This document shows positions 29,214 through 37,385 of a stretch of 64,000 bases of DNA, in pieces. The stretch lies in the NCBI GenBank assembly GCA_020444175.1, contig JAHLLM010000003.1, positions 74,087 to 138,086 of the forward strand, given 5' to 3'. The stretch is from Desulfobulbaceae bacterium. Lineage in GTDB: Bacteria > Desulfobacterota > Desulfobulbia > Desulfobulbales > SURF-16. The first letter of the stretch is position 1. The number at the start of each line of letters is the position of its first letter. The translations under genes were made by a program, and so were the position numbers. The notes beneath the pieces are model-generated. The model did not search any database and was not told the DNA's origin. It worked only from the letters and a program-made list of their open reading frames with translations.

Positions 29214-32135
29214 ATGAAGCAACAGAGTCTGCGGGGCAAAATAACGCTGGTTCTGGCCATTGTCGCCATTGTCAGTTTTAGCGTGTCCGCCCTGTATACC
29301 GGCATTGGCAGATATCGGGAAATAACCGAGGAATATGCGACAACCATGCAGGCCCGCATCAATGTTGCCCGCTCACTGCTTACAGCCAGTCTTTTGCTTC
29401 ATGATGAAGCCATACAGTCCATTCTCCAGAAATCAGCGTCATTGACTCCTGAACAGCAATTACAGGCAATAAAAGATTCGCTCCACTTTGATCCCCCTGG
29501 AGATACGTACTATATCCTTGATTCCCGGAACAGGGTTGTTCTCTGCGAAGATCACTTCTCCGACTATCGTGGTCTTGATTTCAGCGGTATCATTCCGCAT
29601 GGCAGCAACACCGACCAAAAATTAGTGTTTCATCACCAGTCTTTGCTCAATAAACTTTCCGTTGTTTCAATAGTCTACCCATTGAAAAATAACTGCAAGC
29701 TGGTGGTTGAAAGAAGTCTTGCCAACATTATTCCCAGCATGAGTCATTTTGAGCAGGGGGAACTCTACGGAGAAGAACTTTTTTTCGTTCTCGCTACTAC
29801 AGGTAAAACCATCTATCACCCCGACAGGTCACTGGTAAAAAGCAGGCATAATCTTTATTTTGATCTCAAAAATATGACAACTGCTGATGAGACAGGTCTC
29901 TTTTCATTTCAATACCATGGTAAACCATTTGTTGCCTTTCGGGAAAATTTCCGCAATCCACTTGACTGGATCATCTATTATTGTATCCCGCGCAACCTGA
30001 TGATCGACAAAATAAAAAAAACCATTTTAGGCCAACTCACCTTTTTATTCCTCCTGTTCTGCGCACTCTTTTTTATTCTCAACTATTTTCTGGCCCGTTT
30101 TTTCTCCCAACCTGTAAGTGATTTTGTCGCAACTCTTAAACACTCAAAGGATGAAGACAGTTTGATTTTCCATCCCGGCATTTCAGCAGACATCATTGAG
30201 TTTGAGAAGATCTTTGAGGCAATTACCAGCCGTGACGAAGCCGTTACCCAGTCAACGGAGAGGCTGAAAACTGTGCTCGACAGCCTTGACGCCATGGTAT
30301 ACGTGGCTGACATGGACACCTTTGAACTCCTCTTTGTCAACCGTTATGGACGCGATATATGGGGAGATATCAGCGGCCAAAAATGCTATCTCTCCCTGCA
30401 GCACAATCAGAATGAGCCATGCCCCTTCTGTACAAACAAATTGCTGCTTGATAAAGAAGGACAGCCCACGGGAATTCATGTCTGGGAATTTCAAAATACC
30501 GTGGACGGAGAATGGTACGAGTGCAGAGACCAGGCAATACCATGGATTGACGGTCGTATTGTGCGCATGGAAATCGCCACCAACATATCCAGACGTAAAC
30601 AGGCGGAAGCAGGGCTTCTTGCCGAGAAGGAAAGACTTTCCGTCACCCTGCGCTCCATTGGCGATGGCGTCATTACCACTGATACTGAGGGCAGGATTGT
30701 TCTTGTTAACAGAGTCGCGGAGTCTTTGATCGGGCGAACGCAAAGGGAGGCTTTCGGCAGACCGTTGCAGGATGTTTTTCATATCATCAATGAAAAAAAC
30801 GGCCAGACCTGCCCAAATCCTCTTGATAAAATTTTTGAAAGCGGCGAGATAGTCGATCTGTCCAGCGACACCACTCTTATTTCCAGGGATGGAACCAGAA
30901 GGACCATAGCTGACAGCGGTTCGCCAATTCGTGATCAGGATAGCAAGATTATTGGTGCTGTACTTGTTTTCCGGGATGTAACGGATGAGCTGAAAAAAGA
31001 AGAGGAACTGATGAAGGCGAGAAAATTAGAATCAGTGGGTGTGCTGGCAGGAGGAATTGCCCATGATTTTAATAACATTCTGGTAGCAATCCTCGGCAAT
31101 CTGAGTCTTGCCGAACAATACATCAGCCCGGACAACGCGGACCTCTGCTCCCTTATCCAGGAAGCGGAAAAAGCCTCTCTGCGTGCCAAAAATCTGACCC
31201 AGCAGCTCCTCACCTTTTCCAAGGGCGGGGATCCTATAAAACAGACAGCCTCCCTTGAAAATCTCATCAAAGAGCCCAGTGATTTCGTGTTAAGCGGCAG
31301 CAACGTGGCCTGCAACTACGTCATACCCGACACCATCCGGATGGTTGACGTCGATCCGGGACAGATCAGCCAGGTTATACAAAACCTGATTATCAATGCC
31401 AAGCAGGCCATGCCAGGCGGCGGCACCATTGAAATAACATGCTCGAACATAAGCGATGAAGAAAAGAACTTCCCGCACACACTGAACAAAGGTAAATATG
31501 TTCTCATTAATATCAAGGACACCGGAACAGGTATTGCCGCCAGTATCCTTGATAATATTTTTGACCCATATTTCACCACCAAGCAGGACGGAAGCGGTCT
31601 CGGGCTTGCCGTCTGCCACTCTATTATCAGCAAACACGGGGGACTCATCTCAGTTCAATCTGCAGAAGGTCAAGGAACAACGTTCAGTATCTATCTTCCT
31701 GCTTCCGATGCCGGAAAATCAGGTACAGCTCATAAAAAAGAGAATTTAACCAAAGGAAGCGGAACGGTCCTGCTCATGGATGATGAGGCAACCATTCGCA
31801 CCGTGGCCCAACGAATGCTCACGCATCTCGGTTATGATGTTGTCCTTGCCTCGAATGGCGAGGAGGCCATTAAACTTTACAAGGAACGACTGGGCAGCGA
31901 AAATGCCATAGATGTCTCCATCATGGATCTGACAATTCCAGGCGGAATGGGCGGCCAAGATGCCGTCCGAGAGATACTTGACGTTGATCCGGATGCCAAA
32001 GTTATTGTATCAAGCGGCTACTCCAATGATCCGGTCATGGCTTCTTTTGCAGAATACGGCTTCAAGGCCGCGGTGGCAAAGCCTTTTAACCTGACAGAAC
32101 TTGGCAAAACAATAAAATCAGTTCTTTCAGAGTAG
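29214..32135 (+). CDS. Hybrid sensor histidine kinase (dCache-like domain, PAS x2, HisKA, HATPase_c, REC)
   Basis: 973 aa. Two TM helices flank a ~240-aa domain. PAS with CPFC, second PAS, H-box [21 protein letters not shown] (LMDDEA...MDLTIPG). Confidence 0.9.
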   Translation: MKQQSLRGKITLVLAIVAIVSFSVSALYTGIGRYREITEEYATTMQARINVARSLLTASLLLHDEAIQSILQKSASLTPEQQLQAIKDSLHFDPPGDTYYILDSRNRVVLCEDHFSDYRGLDFSGIIPHGSNTDQKLVFHHQSLLNKLSVVSIVYPLKNNCKLVVERSLANIIPSMSHFEQGELYGEELFFVLATTGKTIYHPDRSLVKSRHNLYFDLKNMTTADETGLFSFQYHGKPFVAFRENFRNPLDWIIYYCIPRNLMIDKIKKTILGQLTFLFLLFCALFFILNYFLARFFSQPVSDFVATLKHSKDEDSLIFHPGISADIIEFEKIFEAITSRDEAVTQSTERLKTVLDSLDAMVYVADMDTFELLFVNRYGRDIWGDISGQKCYLSLQHNQNEPCPFCTNKLLLDKEGQPTGIHVWEFQNTVDGEWYECRDQAIPWIDGRIVRMEIATNISRRKQAEAGLLAEKERLSVTLRSIGDGVITTDTEGRIVLVNRVAESLIGRTQREAFGRPLQDVFHIINEKNGQTCPNPLDKIFESGEIVDLSSDTTLISRDGTRRTIADSGSPIRDQDSKIIGAVLVFRDVTDELKKEEELMKARKLESVGVLAGGIAHDFNNILVAILGNLSLAEQYISPDNADLCSLIQEAEKASLRAKNLTQQLLTFSKGGDPIKQTASLENLIKEPSDFVLSGSNVACNYVIPDTIRMVDVDPGQISQVIQNLIINAKQAMPGGGTIEITCSNISDEEKNFPHTLNKGKYVLINIKDTGTGIAASILDNIFDPYFTTKQDGSGLGLAVCHSIISKHGGLISVQSAEGQGTTFSIYLPASDAGKSGTAHKKENLTKGSGTVLLMDDEATIRTVAQRMLTHLGYDVVLASNGEEAIKLYKERLGSENAIDVSIMDLTIPGGMGGQDAVREILDVDPDAKVIVSSGYSNDPVMASFAEYGFKAAVAKPFNLTELGKTIKSVLSE

Positions 32136-32159
32136 TCTGTTAATCTTAACCGTTCTTCT

Positions 32160-32363
32160 TTAAAGGCAGCCGCACATCTGCTCGAAATTCTCACACTCAT
32201 TTCGATTTTCAAAGGGACACACTTCTTTTTGGAACCATTGGAGTTTTGGGCACCAGAAGCGCCTTTTAAAGGGTTCGTTACACCCCTTTTTGGAGAGCTT
32301 CTGTCTTTTTCTATTACCATGATGCACCATATTTTCCTGAATCGTAAATCTCCATAATGCCAT
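32160..32363 (-). CDS. Small 67-aa Cys-rich protein
   Basis: Strong SD (AAGGAGG, 7 nt before the ATG at 32363). MALWRFTIQENMVHHGNRKRQKLSKKGCNEPFKRRFWCPKLQWFQKEVCPFENRNECENFEQMCGCL has six Cys. No family recognised. Confidence 0.45.
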   Translation of the reverse strand: MALWRFTIQENMVHHGNRKRQKLSKKGCNEPFKRRFWCPKLQWFQKEVCPFENRNECENFEQMCGCL

Positions 32364-32958
32364 TTCAGTTCCTCCTTTTTCGTCAGTCCAACTTACAAAA
32401 AGAATTTTGACGGAGAAAAAATGAGCTCGCTGGCCCATATGGTTACTGGTAAATACTCCTCTTTTAAACGATTACGCCCGCAACTCCTGACTTACACTTA
32501 TGCCGGAACCCCTCCCAGCGAGTTCAAATCATCTTTATGTGGTAATTTTGCAAATTTCAGACCACACACAACCTCCAGACAGAGAACACTTTTCATATCA
32601 GCAGGTTACCCACCAAAAAAGAAAACTGGAAACATTTTAACAGTCGACAATAAGGGTTATTTGCCCCTTCCCCCTCTCTTTTGTCAAACACCATAATGCC
32701 GCCGTTATATGAAAAGAAAGGTCGACTTTGTTGCTGCCAGACGCACTCCTCCTCAAAATTTTTTTTCCATAAAACCCGGATGTTAATGTTGACATCCTAA
32801 AGCCTATCAATTAAAAGTTTATAATATTGTGCCACAAAATAGTATCTCTTCGGCAAAATTGAAGAATAGTAAAAAAGGAATATTTTTTTCATGTATTACG
32901 CATCAACGCTTTAGAATCCCTACTAATTTTCATACAAACAAAAGAGGTATTCTTTACT

Positions 32959-34713
32959 TTGAAAAGACACATCGCCCTTCAAAAAGCCCTTCCTCTTGTA
33001 GCAGAAAAAGCTCATCACTTTGAGAAAAGTAACAAATCCATCCATAGGGCTCTTGGAATATTGGGGGAGTCAGCAGATCTCTCCCGTGTATATGTCATCA
33101 TGCATCATGCTAATCTCCCAGGGCATGTGCTGAGCGAATGGACAGCCTCCAAAATTGCACCATTGAGTAATATTTCCAAACGTAATGGTTTTCCATATAA
33201 AGGAAAGAGATATGTCTATTGGAAAAAAGCACTCGAAGATGGCCGTCCCGTTTACATCCTTTCAAGCATTTTATCCATTTCTCCCAGACAAGTCCCTTCT
33301 CTAGAGGAAATCGAATCAATCGTCTTATTTCCCATCAAAATAGGAAATACTCCCTGGGGAGTAATCGGATTTGAAGGTATCTGGAATAAATCCAATTGTT
33401 CAGAAAAAATAATTGAAGACCTCAAAATAGCGACTAATATCCTTGCAGGCGCAATCCGCAGCAAAAATATTGAAAAAATATTACGCCAAAGCAGATCACG
33501 TTATCGCAATGTGATCGACAAACAGGTCGACGTAGTTTGCCGTTACAACGCTGATTGGACACTCACTTTCGCCAATAATGCATTCTGCACATGTTTGGGT
33601 CTCAAACGCCAAGACATACTTGGTCAGGATATACGGAATTTTGTTCCTGTTACATTCCAAGAGAGAATAAAAGAATGTACCTCATTGATTAATCAAGAAT
33701 GTCCTGCTTTGACTAAGGAACACAACCTTGAGCTTCCGAACGAAGAAAAACATTGGTTTCAATGGATTGACAATGGAATTTTTTCACACAGCGGAACCAT
33801 ACTTGAGTATCAGTCCACCGGCCGGGATATTAACCAACAGAAAATTAAAGAACTTGAACTGGAAAAAAAACGGAAAATAATTAATCAAAAACTGGAAGAT
33901 TGCACAGAAAAACTAGCCCAAACATGTGATCAATTGGTGCGGAGCGAAAAAATGGCTTTGCTTGGTCTGCTTGTGGCCAGCATTGCCCATGAAATCAATA
34001 ACCCAAACAACTTTATAAGCTTTAATGTCCCGATTTTACGAGATTATGTCCAAAAGATAACAACGATTCTCACCAACGAATCGGTAAAATTCCACGATTA
34101 TGATTTATTCGGCATGTCTTTTCCTGAATTCCTTAAAGACCTTTCTGAAATAATTAACAATATTGATCATGGCTCAAGCAGGATCAATTCAATAGTATCA
34201 AGGTTAAAAGAATTTGCGAGGCCTAAAAGTAACGAAGATATACTCCCTGTGAACATACGACCTGTCATTGAACAGGCTACGGAAATTTGTCGTCGTCAAG
34301 TCATGGAAAAAGTGAAATCATTGGAAGTAAATATACCGTCAAACCTGCCAATGATTGTCACCAGTCCGCAAATTCTTGAAGAAATAATCATCAATCTTAT
34401 CAACAATGCAGCTCAAGCGGCAGACAAAGAAAATTCATGGATCAAAATTAACGTCGAACTGGGAAAGACAGACAGGGATTATTTTATTCTGGAAATTAAA
34501 GATAACGGTTCTGGTTTCAGCAGCAAGGTCAGAAGAGAAATTTTCAAACCATTTTATACGACAAAAGAAAAAGAGTTGGGCACCGGATTGGGGTTGTATA
34601 TCAGCAAAAACTTGATCGAAAGTATAGGCGGACGTCTCGAAGTAAAGAGTAAATTGTATGAGGGAAGCACATTCCGTGTGGTTGTTCCCAGACTTTTACA
34701 AAATCTCCAGTAA
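32959..34713 (+). CDS. Cytoplasmic sensor histidine kinase (GAF-like, PAS, HisKA, HATPase_c)
   Basis: TTG start. No TM helices. H-box ASIAHEINNPNNF, N-box LINNAAQA, G-boxes DNGSGF and GTGLGLY. Sits immediately upstream of a sigma-54 regulator. Confidence 0.85.
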   Translation: MKRHIALQKALPLVAEKAHHFEKSNKSIHRALGILGESADLSRVYVIMHHANLPGHVLSEWTASKIAPLSNISKRNGFPYKGKRYVYWKKALEDGRPVYILSSILSISPRQVPSLEEIESIVLFPIKIGNTPWGVIGFEGIWNKSNCSEKIIEDLKIATNILAGAIRSKNIEKILRQSRSRYRNVIDKQVDVVCRYNADWTLTFANNAFCTCLGLKRQDILGQDIRNFVPVTFQERIKECTSLINQECPALTKEHNLELPNEEKHWFQWIDNGIFSHSGTILEYQSTGRDINQQKIKELELEKKRKIINQKLEDCTEKLAQTCDQLVRSEKMALLGLLVASIAHEINNPNNFISFNVPILRDYVQKITTILTNESVKFHDYDLFGMSFPEFLKDLSEIINNIDHGSSRINSIVSRLKEFARPKSNEDILPVNIRPVIEQATEICRRQVMEKVKSLEVNIPSNLPMIVTSPQILEEIIINLINNAAQAADKENSWIKINVELGKTDRDYFILEIKDNGSGFSSKVRREIFKPFYTTKEKELGTGLGLYISKNLIESIGGRLEVKSKLYEGSTFRVVVPRLLQNLQ

Positions 34714-34772
34714 CTGTTACCCAAAACATCAACCTAAATTGAAATGATAGTTTCTTATTTAGGAGAAAAAAA

Positions 34773-36152
34773 ATGAAAAATTACAATATTATCGCAATTG
34801 ATGATGAACTCAATTTTTTAAAATCCATCAAGCGGGGATTGTCCATATCCGGTTTTCGCAATGTATTGACAGAGGAAGATTCTTACAAGGCGCTCTCTCT
34901 TATCAATCGAAAAGAATCTCCCATAGACGTAGCTTTAATCGATATCTCCATGCCCGGGATGAATGGAGTTGAATTACTTGAACAGATAAAAAAGATAAGT
35001 CCTGACACGAAATGCCTAATGATAACTGGGATCAATGATGCCGAACTGGCCGTCACATGCATTAAAAAAGGAGCCAGCGATTATATCTTAAAACCAATTA
35101 CAGCCAAGGATTTGGTGGGAGCGGTTAAAAAAACTTTAAAAAAGAAAAAACTTCTCGACAGCATGAAAGAAAATCGCAGGTCTTCAACTGGAAATTTAAA
35201 AAGACCTGAGGCATTTCGAGATATAATCACATCTTCTTCTCGCATGTTTGATATTTTGCAGAAAGCCGAACTTCATGCAGCCAGTGACATTCCCATCATA
35301 ATCACAGGTGAAAGCGGAACAGGAAAGGATCTTCTCGCCCAGGCAATCCATAAAACAAGTCCTCGGGTAAAATTTCCATATACCCCTGTTAACATGACGT
35401 CACTTACTGAAAATATCTTTGATGCGGAATTTTTCGGGCACACAAAGGGAGCATTTACAGGAGCTATTCGTGAGCGTAAGGGTTATTTGGAGCAAACAAA
35501 CCACGGTACAATTTTCATGGATGAAATCGGACATGCGCCTCTTGCTTTCCAGGCAAAATTGCTGCGGGTTCTGCAAGACGGGGAATATATCAAATTAGGG
35601 ACAAGTCAACCGCGACAAGTAGATATTCGTTTTATAACAGCAACAAATGAAAATCTCGATCAACTGCTCGACAAGGGACTGTTTCGTAAGGATTTCTACT
35701 ATAGGCTTAATGGGGCCAAGCTGCACCTTCCGCCCTTAAGAAAAAGGAAAAAGGATATTCCCTTGCTTATCAAAAACTTTCTTGTACAATTTTCAGGCAC
35801 CGGCACCCTGCTAGAAATTGACGAACAGGTTCTCTCTATTCTCCTTGAATATGACTATCCAGGCAACATAAGGGAGCTAAAGTCTATTGTCCAATCATCG
35901 ATAAATTTAGCCCAGGGACAGGTTATAACAGTTCCATGCCTGCCGCACAGTCTGCAAAAATTCAAACCGCAGAAAAATAAGCACAACAAAAAACAAACGA
36001 AAGTCAATGTTTCCTCGCTCTCAGGAGTTGAAAAAAACCACATCATTGCAACCTACAACGCGACGGGCAGAAACAAAACTCAAACTGCCAGACTGTTGAG
36101 AATTGGCCTCAACACCCTCCGAAGGAAATTGATGGCATACGGTGTCGAATAA
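34773..36152 (+). CDS. Sigma-54-dependent response regulator (REC + AAA+ + HTH)
   Basis: REC (IAIDDE...IDISMPGM), GESGTGKD, GAFTGA, C-terminal HTH (NKTQTARLLRIGLNTLRRKL). Confidence 0.9.
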   Translation: MKNYNIIAIDDELNFLKSIKRGLSISGFRNVLTEEDSYKALSLINRKESPIDVALIDISMPGMNGVELLEQIKKISPDTKCLMITGINDAELAVTCIKKGASDYILKPITAKDLVGAVKKTLKKKKLLDSMKENRRSSTGNLKRPEAFRDIITSSSRMFDILQKAELHAASDIPIIITGESGTGKDLLAQAIHKTSPRVKFPYTPVNMTSLTENIFDAEFFGHTKGAFTGAIRERKGYLEQTNHGTIFMDEIGHAPLAFQAKLLRVLQDGEYIKLGTSQPRQVDIRFITATNENLDQLLDKGLFRKDFYYRLNGAKLHLPPLRKRKKDIPLLIKNFLVQFSGTGTLLEIDEQVLSILLEYDYPGNIRELKSIVQSSINLAQGQVITVPCLPHSLQKFKPQKNKHNKKQTKVNVSSLSGVEKNHIIATYNATGRNKTQTARLLRIGLNTLRRKLMAYGVE

Positions 36153-36366
36153 CAAGGCGAAAATTTGACGGTCTCGCCAAAAGTCTCAAAACGAGCTGGA
36201 GCAACACACAGAATCAGCAAGTTAAGTGGACTGAAACCGGTGAAACGTCTTTTTATGATTTCATCAAAATTTCAGTATCTCCGGAATAAGAGTGAATGCA
36301 CCCTGCCAATATGGCACCTGAAAAAACTCATCATTCCAAAAGGATATACTCGTGTATATGCCAAAT

Positions 36367-36382
36367 TGGCACTCCAGAAGCA
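36367..36382 (+). promoter_or_regulatory. Candidate sigma-54 promoter
   Basis: TGGCACTCCAGAAGCA has correct GG-N10-GC spacing and a perfect -24 box. It is 278 nt upstream of the PilZ gene. Confidence 0.4.
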
Positions 36383-36479
36383 AAAAAAAGCTTTTTTCTT
36401 TTCCGAACAACATCTTCCCAAACTCCCAACTTATTGATTTTTAGAAATAAAATAATCAAATCCTTTTTTTGAGTATTGC

Positions 36480-36495
36480 TGGTATGATAAATGCG
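36480..36495 (+). promoter_or_regulatory. Candidate sigma-54 promoter (weaker -24 box)
   Basis: TGGTATGATAAATGCG has correct GG-N10-GC spacing. It is ~165 nt upstream of the PilZ gene. Confidence 0.3.
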
Positions 36496-36659
36496 ACCTC
36501 AAACACTTGTTAGCGACGCTTACCCAAAACTCAAACGCCGTAACAAAACATATCCTAATATGTACAACCACTTCGCGTTGTAAATGCTTTTTTACCGTCT
36601 CACCTGCGACAGGGATGCAGATGTCCTGAAAAGGAATAAATGATTAGAGGAGATGTACT

Positions 36660-37037
36660 ATGTCCGAGAGGTGTTGCTTGAGAGAGCGAAGAAAATTTTC
36701 ACGATACGCAGTCAAAAGCGGGTTATTAGCAATTACCGATAAAAGAATTGGCGAAATTATAGACATAAGCATAAATGGGCTTGCATTCCGCTATATCTTC
36801 TGGGGAGATCAATCTATCAAATCCCCCAATTGCGACCTGAAAATATTAGTTACCGATGAGTCTTATTTATTGGAAGAAATTCCAATAAAATTTGTTTCAG
36901 ACAACTTTCTGCAAAATAGTTTCACCTTCAGTTCGTTAGTCATGAAACGGAGCGGGGTCGAATTTTATGACATGCCCCCTCTCCAAGTAACCCAGTTAGA
37001 GAATTTCATTTCAAAATATTCTTTGTGGGAATTGTAA
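36660..37037 (+). CDS. Stand-alone PilZ-domain protein (putative c-di-GMP receptor)
   Basis: RRKFSR (RxxxR) followed 22 residues later by DISINGLAF (D/NxSxxG). 125 aa. SD AGAGGAG upstream. Confidence 0.7.
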   Translation: MSERCCLRERRKFSRYAVKSGLLAITDKRIGEIIDISINGLAFRYIFWGDQSIKSPNCDLKILVTDESYLLEEIPIKFVSDNFLQNSFTFSSLVMKRSGVEFYDMPPLQVTQLENFISKYSLWEL

Positions 37038-37284
37038 TTCTTTTTTGGGGCATTAGGAAAATAACGAGAAAACCTTACTGTATCAAAAAAGAGACAGGTT
37101 CCAAATTGGATTGGTCACATCACTAACCAACCGTGTTTATTAAATTTATTTCTTGAAACTTATCCAAAATGGCGTAGAAGTCCCACAAAAAATTACTCTC
37201 CCCAGCTTACTCTCTCCATCGTGTGCCCACTTTAACTATCTGTATTCACAGTCATTCCCATCTAATACAAAAGAAAATTCCGAC

Positions 37285-37300
37285 TGGCACAACAAGTGCT
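37285..37300 (+). promoter_or_regulatory. Sigma-54 promoter upstream of the subtilase gene
   Basis: TGGCACAACAAGTGCT has a perfect -24 box, TGC at -12 and GG-N10-GC spacing. It is 87 nt upstream of the ATG at 37386. Confidence 0.55.
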
Positions 37301-37385
37301 CTATTTGAGGTGCAGGCATTTTTAGATTTTTAATAGAAGGAAATCAGGAATATTTTTTACACATAACAACTTTATGGCCCTATAA

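Noticed and set aside
28958-29362. 134-aa minus-strand ORF overlapping the start of the 29214 kinase
   Set aside because: It overlaps a well-supported kinase gene and has no recognisable motif or RBS.
36165-36437. 90-aa ORF after the sigma-54 regulator gene
   Set aside because: It has no RBS and a basic, low-complexity composition, and it contains the sigma-54 promoter candidate. It is more likely a regulatory region.
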